Source: Flectonema sp. DT1601 (taxonomy: Eukaryota). From it: DNA of 64,000 nucleotides. The notes under the pieces were generated by a model. The model had not been told where the DNA came from and made no database searches. It was given only the letters and a program-made list of their open reading frames with translations. Of this stretch, positions 53,298 through 64,000 are shown one piece after another. The stretch spans positions 744,001-808,000 of the forward strand of contig OZ025793.1 in NCBI GenBank assembly GCA_964019425.1. The letters run 5' to 3'. Within the stretch, counting starts at the first letter, position 1, and every line of letters begins with the position of its first letter. A program made the translations under genes and the position numbers.

Positions 53298-54736
53298 TTT
53301 GAATTCGGGAAACTGAATTATTTAAATATATTAACAAAATTACATTCAAAATGAAACACAATACGGAGAAGAGATCACTCGTCGCTCGTCAAACGTAAAA
53401 AGCTGCGTCGTCTATCCGAACCGGAATCGGTACGAAAGCAGCAGGAAAAGACAAAAAAATAAGATTATCATCAAAGAAGAGTTGTGTAGCTGCGAATTAC
53501 ATGCAATTGAAGTGTAGCCTCCGACCTTATTATTATTTTGTTTCCGACCCATCTGGCGAGCGACGGGTGCCGTCAATTAACAAATTTATAAAAAACAAAT
53601 AACACGAAACAAATACCGCAATGCACCTGAAATGAGTCTCCCAGGTAAAAAGAAACGCGGCCATGTGTCGTCGTTGTGTTCCCTTCCCAATCGAGAGACA
53701 CGGAGAAGGGAAAAGCAAAGAGTTATCATCCGTTGAATTACTAACAACATTATATTTATCGAAAAATAGAACAAGAATGATGTGAAATAAGAAATTACGA
53801 TCGGGAGCAATGTTGTAGCTCCCGATGTAACAACCAAGTTGGTTACTGTCAAAGCTTCAATCGTACGTTGAAAGGACAGAGGGAGAGCAAGAAAAAGAAA
53901 AACAAAGCAATCGTTAATGTAAATCAATTTGGAGAGCATGCTCCAACCGGATGAACACAACGCGGATACAAAATGAAAGAATCATTCCATCCTTGCTCAA
54001 AAAGAAATCACTTAGACCGCGAGTACAAAAGGGTGGAAAACGAATACTCGTCAGAGACGAATGGTTCAGCTCAGAGAGAGGAAACAAACAAGGAAATCGT
54101 ATCATTTTTCCTGCGAGCAAATTTCAGTGTCCGAGACATTTTCAAAATCACTGCAGGAAGACACACAAACAACACGCGAATCACAATAGAGATTAACAAC
54201 ACAACCGCCAAATCACATTAATTATCAACCAGTTAAGGGATCACAATGAGAGAGCAACACACACAAAGGAGGTGAAAAAAAGTCTGTTTTAGCCACCCCT
54301 CCATGATAGTTACCAATAATATATAACAAAGAGAGAGGAAGAAAATTAATTTAAAACCCGTTGTTTGCAAACACCACGGCAACATGAGCAAACAAAAACG
54401 TATTGGATGTGTAACAACACGGTACTGACACACCCGAATATTGCAATAGAGAGAGACAGAGGGAGGGGAAATAGCGCTGAGGGTGGCAACAATAATTGCA
54501 CCGCCTTCTGCAGCATGGGGAGTGTGGTGGGCCATTCGGCACCATAAGTTAACATAAATAAAGTGGAAGAAGCAAGCAAGAGTGAGAGGGAAAAGGAAAG
54601 TCAAATTATTTTGTGGAAATCAGAACATGACTAAATGAAAGTACATGTACTTTATAAACATATCAACGAATGAAGGAGTTTCCTTTCTTTTTATAACGGA
54701 CAGAAGTAAAGAAGGAATAAACAAACTGACACCCCA

Positions 54737-56566
54737 CTAGCACTGACAACCTTCACAGTCGCAACCATATGTGCCTTCAAGGACACTACATTGGTAACCA
54801 CGTGAGACCCAATAGTCACAGCTGCGTCTTGAGCATCCCCTGCTGTTGCTACATCCTCCCGAAGAGGCAGGTGCCTGCGTCGATGGCGAAGAGGCAGGTG
54901 GCGAAGGAGCCGATGAGCAAGCATTGCATCCACTGCAATCACAACGACTTAAACTACCGCAACCATACCCTTTCTCATTCCAGTAGTCACAACTCCTTCC
55001 GTAACAATTACTTGTGTCAACACATCCCTGTGCTGGAGTTGACGCCGCAGGTTGGGATGTCGGCGCCGGAGCACTTCCACAATTGGAACACCCCGTGCAA
55101 TCACAACGACTTAAACTGCTGCAACCGCACCCTCTTGAGAACCAGTAGTCGCAACTCTCTCCATAGCAACCGCTTTGATCAGCACATCCCGTAGGAGGGG
55201 TCGGCGGTGTTGGTGGAGACGTCGGGGCCGGCGGTGTTGGCGTTGTTGGCGGGGTCGGTGGTGTTGGTGGAGACGTCGGGGCCGGCGGTGTTGGCGTTGT
55301 TGGCGGGGTCGGTGTTCTTGGTGGAGATGTCGGGGTCGGAGGTGTTGGTGGAGATGGCGGGGTCGGTGTTGTTGGTGGAAACTCCTCTCCATCACAAGGA
55401 ATGTTAAGCATCTTATTCGGTGCTCCACGAGTGTCAGAGATAAATCCATTTCCTGCATTACTCAACAACCAGTCTGTCACGTCCCCCGATGACGCCGTAG
55501 GGTTCTGTCCGAGGAATACGGCCATCGCTCCCGCAACGTGCGGAGATGACATGGAAGTGCCCGATAAAGTCGCAGTCGCCGAATCGTGTGATGCCCCAGC
55601 AGACACGATGTTGGACCCAGGAGCGAAGATGTCGGTACAAGACCCAAAGTTGGAAAACGATGATCGAGAATCTCTAGAAGTCGTCGAAGCAACAGTCACC
55701 GCAGAAGGTGCCGAGGCAGGGCTCTTTGAGCAGGCGTCTCCGTTATCGTTACCAGCAGACACAGCGAAGCTGACCCCAGAGCGAATAGCTGCTTCGACAG
55801 CATCATTCTCAGAGCGAGAACGGCTACCACCCAGAGACATGTTCACGAGTGACGGTCTACCGGTGCGACGAGCCTGCTCGACTACCCACTGAATCCCCCT
55901 AATGATACCCGCTGTCGTACCTCGTCCATTATCTCCGAGTACCTTAACTGCGATGACGTTCGCCCGCTTCGCCACTCCGTACGTCTTCCCAGCCACAGTC
56001 CCAGCAACGTGGGTTCCATGGCCTTGGCGGTCTGAATTCGATGAACCACTCACAAAGTTTTCTCCCCAGGTGCACCTTTCCCCATCAAACTCGTCGTGCG
56101 AGCAGCGAATCCCCGTGTCCAGTATGTACGCATCAACTCCCTCGCCCCACCTCGCGTTGTGCGAGAACGTTGACCCAACATCGCTCGCACGCTCAACAGT
56201 TACTCGCTTCTGTCCCCACGAAACGGGTGAACGCTGGCTGTTTGGACACGTTTCCTGAGTAATGCGAGCGATCTGAACAGGCTCATAGTACTCTACAATA
56301 CCTTTGTCACCCTTCGCAATCTCACTATCAGCCCATGCCTTCAATGAGTCGTCGAGTTCTGATTCAACCGCTTCAAAGGTCTCTCCGATTTGGCACAGCC
56401 GACCTCCTTGCTGTGAGGACATAATTTTGTCATTCGCTGCACTTCTTTTGATACCGTTTCGGTACTTTACGATGTACTTGCCCTGAACGATATCTCCATC
56501 TGCTTGAACTCCCTGAGAGTTCGCTAATGAAAGGACGTATCCAACTAGAAATATCGAAGTCTTCAT
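54737..56566 (-). CDS. Secreted subtilisin S8A, type A (609 aa)
   Basis: Same translation as 49068..50897, +5669 bp. Confidence 0.93.
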   Translation of the reverse strand: MKTSIFLVGYVLSLANSQGVQADGDIVQGKYIVKYRNGIKRSAANDKIMSSQQGGRLCQIGETFEAVESELDDSLKAWADSEIAKGDKGIVEYYEPVQIARITQETCPNSQRSPVSWGQKRVTVERASDVGSTFSHNARWGEGVDAYILDTGIRCSHDEFDGERCTWGENFVSGSSNSDRQGHGTHVAGTVAGKTYGVAKRANVIAVKVLGDNGRGTTAGIIRGIQWVVEQARRTGRPSLVNMSLGGSRSRSENDAVEAAIRSGVSFAVSAGNDNGDACSKSPASAPSAVTVASTTSRDSRSSFSNFGSCTDIFAPGSNIVSAGASHDSATATLSGTSMSSPHVAGAMAVFLGQNPTASSGDVTDWLLSNAGNGFISDTRGAPNKMLNIPCDGEEFPPTTPTPPSPPTPPTPTSPPRTPTPPTTPTPPAPTSPPTPPTPPTTPTPPAPTSPPTPPTPPTGCADQSGCYGESCDYWFSRGCGCSSLSRCDCTGCSNCGSAPAPTSQPAASTPAQGCVDTSNCYGRSCDYWNEKGYGCGSLSRCDCSGCNACSSAPSPPASSPSTQAPASSGGCSNSRGCSRRSCDYWVSRGYQCSVLEGTYGCDCEGCQC

Positions 56567-57247
56567 TTTGAATTCGGGAAACTGAATTATTTAAATATAT
56601 TAACCAAATTACATTCAAAATGAAACACAATACGGAGAAGAGATCACTCGTCGCTCGTCAAACGTAAAAAGCTGCGTCGCCTATATGAAGATTTATCTAC
56701 CAGTTAAGGGATCACACAGAGAGTGCAACACACACAAAGGAGGTGAAAAAAAAGTCTGTTTTAGCCACCCCTCCATGATAGTTACCAATAATATATAACA
56801 AAGAGAGAGGAAGAAAATTAAATTTTTTTATATGTAGAATCCGTTGTTTGCAAACATCACGGCAACATGAGCAAACAAAAACGTATTGGATGTGTAACAA
56901 CACGGTACTGACACACCCGAATATTGCAATAGAGAGAGACAGAGGGAGGGGAAATAGCGCTGAGGGTGGCAACAATTGCACCGCCTCTTCTTTCCATTTC
57001 ATCGGCACCACGCCTGTTCAGCTGTCGCATGGGGAGTGTAGTGGGCCATACGGCACCATAAGTTAATATAAATAAAGTGGAAGAAACGAGAGTGGCAGGG
57101 AAGAGGAAAGTCAAATTATTTTGAACATGACTAAATGAAAGTACATGTACTTTATAAACATATTATCAACGCGATGAACAACGAAGGAGTTTCCTTTCTT
57201 TTTAAAACGGAAAGAAGCAAAGAAGGAATAAACAAACTGACACCCCA

Positions 57248-58993
57248 CTAGCACTGACAACCTTCACAGTCGCAACCATATCTGCCTTCAAGGACACTAC
57301 ATTGGTAACCACGTGAGACCCAATAGTCACAGCTGCGTCTTGAGCATCCCCTGCTGTTGCGACATCTTCCCGAAGAAGCAGGTGCCCGAGTCGGTGGCGA
57401 AGGAGCCGATGAGCAAGAATTGCATCCACTGCAATCACAACGACTTAAACTACCGCAACCATACCCCCTCCCATTCCAGTAGTCACAACTCCTTCCGTAA
57501 CAACCACTTGTGTCAGTACATCCACGTGCTGGAGGCGCAGGTCGGGATGGTGGCGACGGAGCATTTCTCCCACAATTCGAACACCCCGTGCAATCACAGC
57601 GGGTCAAACTGCTGCAACCGTACCCTCTTGAGACCCAGTAGTCGCAACTCCTTCCAAAGCAACCGGTCTGATCAGCACATCCCGAAGGAGGGGACGGTGG
57701 TGTTGGTGGAGATGGCCTGGTTGGTGGAGATGGCGGAGATGGCCTAGTTGGTGGAGATGGCGGAGATGGCCTAGTTGGTGGAGATGGCGGGGTCGGTGGT
57801 GTCGGTGGAGAGCTTCCATCACAAGGAATGTTAAGCATCTTATTCGGTGCCCCACGAGGGTCAGAGATAAATCCATTTCCTGCATTACTCAACAACCAGT
57901 TTGTCACGTCCCCCGATGACGCTGAAGGGTTCTGTCCGAGGAATACGGCCATCGCTCCCGCAACGTGCGGAGATGACATGGAAGTGCCCGATAAAGTCGC
58001 AGTCGCCGAATCGCTTGATGCCCCAGCAGACACGATGCTGGACCCAGGAGCGAAGATGTCGGTACAAGACCCAAAGTTGGAAAACGATGATCGAGAATCT
58101 CTAGAAGTCGTCGAAGCAACAGTCACCGCAGAAGGTGCCGAGGCAGGGCTCTTTGAGCAGGCGTCTCCGTTATCGTTACCAGCAGACACAGCGAAGCTGA
58201 CCCCAGAGCGAATAGCTGCTTCGACAGCATCATTCTCAGACTGAGAACGGCTACCACCCAGAGACATGTTCACGAGTGACGGTCTACCGGTGCGACGAGC
58301 CTGCTCGACTACCCACTGAATCCCCCTAATGATACCCGCTGTCGAACCTCGTCCATTATCTCCGAGTACCTTAACTGCGATGACGTTCGCCCGCTTCGCC
58401 ACTCCGTACGTCTTCCCAGCCACAGTCCCAGCAACGTGGGTTCCATGGCCTTGGCGGTCTGAATTCGATGAACCACTCACAAAGTTTTCTCCCCAGGTGC
58501 ACCTTCCTCCATCAAATTCGCCGTGCGAGCAGCGAATCCCCGTGTCCAGTATGTACGCATCGACTCCCTCGCCCCACCTCGCGTTGTGTAAGTATGTTGA
58601 CCCAACATCGCTCGCACGCTCAACAGTTACTCGCTTCTGTCCCCACGAAACGGGTGAACGCTGGCTGTTTGGACACGTTTCCTGAGTAATGCGAGCGATC
58701 CGAACAGGCTCATAGTACTCTACAATACCTTTGTCACCCTTCGCAATCTCACTATCAGCCCATGCCTTCAATGAGTCGTCGAGTTCTGATTCAACCGCTT
58801 CAAAGGTCTCTCCGATTTGGCACAGCCGACCTCCTTGCTGTGAGGACATAATTTTGTCATTCGCTGCACTTCTTTTGATACCGTTTCGGTACTTTACGAT
58901 GTACTTGCCCTGAACGATATCTTCATCTGCTTGAACTGCCTGAGAGTTCGCTAATGAAAGGACGTATCCAACTAGAAATATCGAAGTCTTCAT
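57248..58993 (-). CDS. Secreted subtilisin S8A, type B variant (581 aa)
   Basis: One extra 9-aa linker unit; SDRQG and DNGRGST substitutions. Confidence 0.93.
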   Translation of the reverse strand: MKTSIFLVGYVLSLANSQAVQADEDIVQGKYIVKYRNGIKRSAANDKIMSSQQGGRLCQIGETFEAVESELDDSLKAWADSEIAKGDKGIVEYYEPVRIARITQETCPNSQRSPVSWGQKRVTVERASDVGSTYLHNARWGEGVDAYILDTGIRCSHGEFDGGRCTWGENFVSGSSNSDRQGHGTHVAGTVAGKTYGVAKRANVIAVKVLGDNGRGSTAGIIRGIQWVVEQARRTGRPSLVNMSLGGSRSQSENDAVEAAIRSGVSFAVSAGNDNGDACSKSPASAPSAVTVASTTSRDSRSSFSNFGSCTDIFAPGSSIVSAGASSDSATATLSGTSMSSPHVAGAMAVFLGQNPSASSGDVTNWLLSNAGNGFISDPRGAPNKMLNIPCDGSSPPTPPTPPSPPTRPSPPSPPTRPSPPSPPTRPSPPTPPSPPSGCADQTGCFGRSCDYWVSRGYGCSSLTRCDCTGCSNCGRNAPSPPSRPAPPARGCTDTSGCYGRSCDYWNGRGYGCGSLSRCDCSGCNSCSSAPSPPTRAPASSGRCRNSRGCSRRSCDYWVSRGYQCSVLEGRYGCDCEGCQC

Positions 58994-60432
58994 TTTGAAT
59001 TCGGGAAACTGAATTATTTAAATATATTAACAAAATTACATTCAAAATGAAACACAATACGGAGAAGAGATCACTCGTCGCTCGTCAAACGTAAAAAGCT
59101 GCGTCGTCTATCCGAACCGTAATCGGTACGAAAGCAGCAGGAAAAGACAAAAAAATAAGATTATCATCAAAGAAGAGTTGTGTAGCTGCGAATTACATGC
59201 AATTGAAGTGTAGCCTCCGACCTTATTATTATTTTGTTTCCGACCCATCTGGCGAGCGACGGGTGCCGTCAATTAACAAATTTATAAAAAACAAATAACA
59301 CGAAACAAATACCGCAATGCACCTGAAATGAGTCTCCCAGGTAAAAAGAAACGCGGCCATGTGTCGTCGTTGTGTTCCCTTCCCAATCGAGAGACACGGA
59401 GAAGGGAAAAGCAAAGAGTTATCATCCGTTGAATTACTAACAACATTATATTTATCGAAAAATAGAACAAGAATGATGTGAAATAAGAAATTACGATCGG
59501 GAGCAATGTTGTAGCTCCCGATGTAACAACCAAGTTGGTTACTGTCAAAGCTTCAATCGTACGTTGAAAGGACAGAGGGAGAGCAAGAAAAAGAAAAACA
59601 AAGCAATCGTTAATGTAAATCAATTTGGAGAGCATGCTCCAACCGGATGAACACAACGCGGATACAAAATGAAAGAATCATTCCATCCTTGCTCAAAAAG
59701 AAATCACTTAGACCGCGAGTACAAAAGGGTGGAAAACGAATACTCGTCAGAGACGAATGGTTCAGCTCAGAGAGAGGAAACAAACAAGGAAATCGTATCA
59801 TTTTTCCTGCGAGCAAATTTCAGTGTCCGAGACATTTTCAAAATCACTGCAGGAAGACACACAAACAACACGCGAATCACAATAGAGATTAACAACACAA
59901 CCGCCAAATCACATTAATTATCAACCAGTTAAGGGATCACAATGAGAGAGCAACACACACAAAGGAGGTGAAAAAAAGTCTGTTTTAGCCACCCCTCCAT
60001 GATAGTTACCAATAATATATAACAAAGAGAGAGGAAGAAAATTAATTTAAAACCCGTTGTTTGCAAACACCACGGCAACATGAGCAAACAAAAACGTATT
60101 GGATGTGTAACAACACGGTACTGACACACCCGAATATTGCAATAGAGAGAGACAGAGGGAGGGGAAATAGCGCTGAGGGTGGCAACAATAATTGCACCGC
60201 CTTCTGCAGCATGGGGAGTGTGGTGGGCCATTCGGCACCATAAGTTAACATAAATAAAGTGGAAGAAGCAAGCAAGAGTGAGAGGGAAAAGGAAAGTCAA
60301 ATTATTTTGTGGAAATCAGAACATGACTAAATGAAAGTACATGTACTTTATAAACATATCAACGAATGAAGGAGTTTCCTTTCTTTTTATAACGGACAGA
60401 AGTAAAGAAGGAATAAACAAACTGACACCCCA

Positions 60433-62370
60433 CTAGCACTGACAACCTTCACAGTCGCAACCATATGTGCCTTCAAGGACACTACATTGGTAACCACGTG
60501 AGACCCAATAGTCACAGCTGCGTCTTGAGCATCCCCTGCTGTTGCTACATCCTCCCGAAGAGGCAGGTGCCTGCGTCGATGGCGAAGAGGCAGGTGGCGA
60601 AGGAGCCGATGAGCAAGCATTGCATCCACTGCAATCACAACGACTTAAACTACCGCAACCATACCCTTTCTCATTCCAGTAGTCACAACTCCTTCCGTAA
60701 CAATTACTTGTGTCAACACATCCCTGTGCTGGAGTTGACGCCGCAGGTTGGGATGTCGGCGCCGGAGCACTTCCACAATTGGAACACCCCGTGCAATCAC
60801 AACGACTTAAACTGCTGCAACCGCACCCTCTTGAGAACCAGTAGTCGCAACTCTCTCCATAGCAACCGCTTTGATCAGCACATCCCGTAGGAGGGGTCGG
60901 CGGTGTTGGTGGAGACGTCGGGGCCGGCGGTGTTGGCGTTGTTGGCGGGGTCGGTGGTGTTGGTGGAGACGTCGGGGCCGGCGGTGTTGGCGTTGTTGGC
61001 GGGGTCGGCGGTGTTGGTGGAGACGTCGGGGCCGGCGGTGTTGGCGTTGTTGGCGGGGTCGGTGGTGTTGGTGGAGACGTCGGGGCCGGCGGTGTTGGCG
61101 TTGTTGGCGGGGTCGGTGTTCTTGGTGGAGATGTCGGGGTCGGAGGTGTTGGTGGAGATGGCGGGGTCGGTGTTGTTGGTGGAAACTCCTCTCCATCACA
61201 AGGAATGTTAAGCATCTTATTCGGTGCTCCACGAGTGTCAGAGATAAATCCATTTCCTGCATTACTCAACAACCAGTCTGTCACGTCCCCCGATGACGCC
61301 GTAGGGTTCTGTCCGAGGAATACGGCCATCGCTCCCGCAACGTGCGGAGATGACATGGAAGTGCCCGATAAAGTCGCAGTCGCCGAATCGTGTGATGCCC
61401 CAGCAGACACGATGTTGGACCCAGGAGCGAAGATGTCGGTACAAGACCCAAAGTTGGAAAACGATGATCGAGAATCTCTAGAAGTCGTCGAAGCAACAGT
61501 CACCGCAGAAGGTGCCGAGGCAGGGCTCTTTGAGCAGGCGTCTCCGTTATCGTTACCAGCAGACACAGCGAAGCTGACCCCAGAGCGAATAGCTGCTTCG
61601 ACAGCATCATTCTCAGAGCGAGAACGGCTACCACCCAGAGACATGTTCACGAGTGACGGTCTACCGGTGCGACGAGCCTGCTCGACTACCCACTGAATCC
61701 CCCTAATGATACCCGCTGTCGTACCTCGTCCATTATCTCCGAGTACCTTAACTGCGATGACGTTCGCCCGCTTCGCCACTCCGTACGTCTTCCCAGCCAC
61801 AGTCCCAGCAACGTGGGTTCCATGGCCTTGGCGGTCTGAATTCGATGAACCACTCACAAAGTTTTCTCCCCAGGTGCACCTTCCTCCATCAAACTCGTCG
61901 TGCGAGCAGCGAATCCCCGTGTCCAGTATGTACGCATCGACTCCCTCGCCCCACCTCGCGTTGTGCGAGAACGTTGACCCAACATCGCTCGCACGCTCAA
62001 CAGTTACTCGCTTCTGTCCCCACGAAACGGGTGAACGCTGGCTGTTTGGACACGTTTCCTGAGTAATGCGAGCGATCTGAACAGGCTCATAGTACTCTAC
62101 AATACCTTTGTCACCCTTCGCAATCTCACTATCAGCCCATGCCTTCAATGAGTCGTCGAGTTCTGATTCAACCGCTTCAAAGGTCTCTCCGATTTGACAC
62201 AGCCGACCTCCTTGCTGTGAGGACATAATTTTGTCATTCGCTGCACTTCTTTTGATACCGTTTCGGTACTTTACGATGTACTTGCCCTGAACGATATCTC
62301 CATCTGCTTGAACTGCCTGAGAGTTCGCTAATGAAAGGACGTATCCAACTAGAAATATCGAAGTCTTCAT
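60433..62370 (-). CDS. Secreted subtilisin S8A, type A variant (645 aa)
   Basis: Two extra 18-aa linker units; some B-type residues (SQAVQ, DGGRC). Confidence 0.93.
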   Translation of the reverse strand: MKTSIFLVGYVLSLANSQAVQADGDIVQGKYIVKYRNGIKRSAANDKIMSSQQGGRLCQIGETFEAVESELDDSLKAWADSEIAKGDKGIVEYYEPVQIARITQETCPNSQRSPVSWGQKRVTVERASDVGSTFSHNARWGEGVDAYILDTGIRCSHDEFDGGRCTWGENFVSGSSNSDRQGHGTHVAGTVAGKTYGVAKRANVIAVKVLGDNGRGTTAGIIRGIQWVVEQARRTGRPSLVNMSLGGSRSRSENDAVEAAIRSGVSFAVSAGNDNGDACSKSPASAPSAVTVASTTSRDSRSSFSNFGSCTDIFAPGSNIVSAGASHDSATATLSGTSMSSPHVAGAMAVFLGQNPTASSGDVTDWLLSNAGNGFISDTRGAPNKMLNIPCDGEEFPPTTPTPPSPPTPPTPTSPPRTPTPPTTPTPPAPTSPPTPPTPPTTPTPPAPTSPPTPPTPPTTPTPPAPTSPPTPPTPPTTPTPPAPTSPPTPPTPPTGCADQSGCYGESCDYWFSRGCGCSSLSRCDCTGCSNCGSAPAPTSQPAASTPAQGCVDTSNCYGRSCDYWNEKGYGCGSLSRCDCSGCNACSSAPSPPASSPSTQAPASSGGCSNSRGCSRRSCDYWVSRGYQCSVLEGTYGCDCEGCQC

Positions 62371-63050
62371 TTTGAATTCGGGAAACTGAATTATTTAAAT
62401 ATATTAACAAAATTACATTCAAAATGAAACACAATACGGAGAAGAGATCACTCGTCGCTCGTCAAACGTAAAAAGCTGCGTCGTCTATACGAAGATTTAT
62501 CTACCAGTTAAGGGATCACACAGAGAGTGCAACACACACAAAGGAGGTGAAAAAAAGTCTGTTTTAGCCACCCCTCCATGATAGTTACCAATAATATATA
62601 ACAAAGAGAGAGGAAGAAAATTAAATTTTTTTATATGTAGAATCCGTTGTTTGCAAACACCACGGCAACATGAGCAAACAAAAACGTATTGGATGTGTAA
62701 CAACACGGTACTGACACACCCGAATATTGCAATAGAGAGAGACAGAGGGAGGGGAAATAGCGCTGAGGGTGGCAACAATTGCACCGCCTCTTCTTTCCAT
62801 TTCATCGGCACCACGCCTGTTCAGCTGTCGCATGGGGAGTGTAGTGGGCCATACGGCACCATAAGTTAATATAAATAAAGTGGAAGAAACGAGAGTGGCA
62901 GGGAAGAGGAAAGTCAAATTATTTTGAACATGACTAAATGAAAGTACATGTACTTTATAAACATATTATCAACGCGATGAACAACGAAGGAGTTTCCTTT
63001 CTTTTTAAAACGGAAAGAAGCAAAGAAGGAATAAACAAACTGACACCCCA

Positions 63051-64000
63051 CTAGCACTGACAACCTTCACAGTCGCAACCATATCTGCCTTCAAGGACAC
63101 TACATTGGTAACCACGTGAGACCCAATAGTCACAGCTGCGTCTTGAGCATCCCCTGCTGTTGCGACATCTTCCCGAAGAAACAGGTGCCCGAGTCGGTGG
63201 CGAAGGAGCCGATGAGCAAGAATTGCATCCACTGCAATCACAACGACTTAAACTACCGCAACCATACCCCCTCCCATTCCAGTAGTCACAACTCCTTCCG
63301 TAACAACCACTTGTGTCAGTACATCCACGTGCTGGAGGCGCAGGTCGGGATGGTGGCGACGGAGCATTTCTCCCACAATTCGAACACCCCGTGCAATCAC
63401 AGCGGGTCAAACTGCTGCAACCGTACCCTCTTGAGACCCAGTAGTCGCAACTCCTTCCAAAGCAACCGGTCTGATCAGCACATCCCGAAGGAGGGGACGG
63501 TGGTGTTGGTGGAGATGGCCTGGTTGGTGGAGATGGCGGAGATGGCCTAGTTGGTGGAGATGGCGGGGTCGGTGGTGTCGGTGGAGAGCTTCCATCACAA
63601 GGAATGTTAAGCATCTTATTCGGTGCCCCACGAGGGTCAGAGATAAATCCATTTCCTGCATTACTCAACAACCAGTTTGTCACGTCCCCCGATGACGCTG
63701 AAGGGTTCTGTCCGAGGAATACGGCCATCGCTCCCGCAACGTGCGGAGATGCCATGGAAGTGCCCGATAAAGTCGCAGTCGCCGAATCGCGTGATATCCC
63801 AGCAGACACGATGCTGGACCCAGGAGCGAAGATGTCGGTACAAGACCCAAAGTTGGAAAACGATGATCGAGCATCTCTAGAAGTCATCGAAGCAACAGTC
63901 ACCGCAGAAGGTGCCGAGGCAGGGCTCGATGAGCAGGCGTCTCCGTTTTCGTTACCAGCAGCCACAGCGAAGCTGACCCCAGAGCGAAAAGCTGCTTCGA
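63051..64000 (-). CDS. Secreted subtilisin S8A, diverged type B, 5'-partial (runs off window)
   Basis: AAGNENGDACSSSPAS...GTSMASPHVAG plus B-type Cys-rich tail. Confidence 0.9.
   Translation of the reverse strand, partial: EAAFRSGVSFAVAAGNENGDACSSSPASAPSAVTVASMTSRDARSSFSNFGSCTDIFAPGSSIVSAGISRDSATATLSGTSMASPHVAGAMAVFLGQNPSASSGDVTNWLLSNAGNGFISDPRGAPNKMLNIPCDGSSPPTPPTPPSPPTRPSPPSPPTRPSPPTPPSPPSGCADQTGCFGRSCDYWVSRGYGCSSLTRCDCTGCSNCGRNAPSPPSRPAPPARGCTDTSGCYGRSCDYWNGRGYGCGSLSRCDCSGCNSCSSAPSPPTRAPVSSGRCRNSRGCSRRSCDYWVSRGYQCSVLEGRYGCDCEGCQC

Larger units (their letters stand above)
43993..64000 (-). repeat. Tandem subtilisin array with a two-gene (A+B) higher-order unit of ~5669 bp
   Basis: Gene ends recur at 45910/51579/57248 and 49068/54737 (5669-bp period). 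Spacers alternate ~681 and ~1439 bp. Confidence 0.95.

Noticed and set aside
43942..63880. Plus-strand ORFs and spacer ORFs within the subtilisin array
   Set aside because: Antisense shadows or short AT-rich ORFs that recur only because the unit is repeated.

Overview
Eukaryotic nuclear DNA, most likely euglenozoan and diplonemid-like. The basis is a calmodulin fragment ending ...VKMMMSK, a GP63-type domain, a TATE/VIPER-like retroelement, short GT-AG introns and unidirectional gene clusters. Left half, all on the + strand: (i) a 4617-bp tandem array (3 complete copies plus 1 partial) of a type-I membrane mucin-like protein with a degenerate GH18 chitinase-like N-terminus; (ii) a 584-aa hypothetical protein; (iii) a 4-exon SmB gene whose tail has KG rather than RG motifs; (iv) a 5-exon, ~2272-aa gene fusing a leishmanolysin (M8) domain to a polycystin-1-like, C2-containing multi-pass membrane protein; (v) a 2-exon, ~1807-aa NLR/STAND-like gene with ankyrin - R-S-E ADP-ribosyltransferase - NACHT - pentapeptide - WD40 architecture. 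Middle (35.0-43.9 kb): a convergent strand-switch region with decayed LINE fragments, a ~360-bp-arm inverted repeat, an internally deleted tyrosine-recombinase retrotransposon with intact split direct repeats carrying a tRNA-like sequence, and an intron-containing calmodulin pseudogene fragment. Right half, all on the - strand: an alternating A/B tandem array of secreted subtilisins (S8A) with C-terminal Cys-rich repeats (8 copies visible; the terminal copy is truncated and the last runs off the window). All domain calls come from motif reading by eye, not from database searches.
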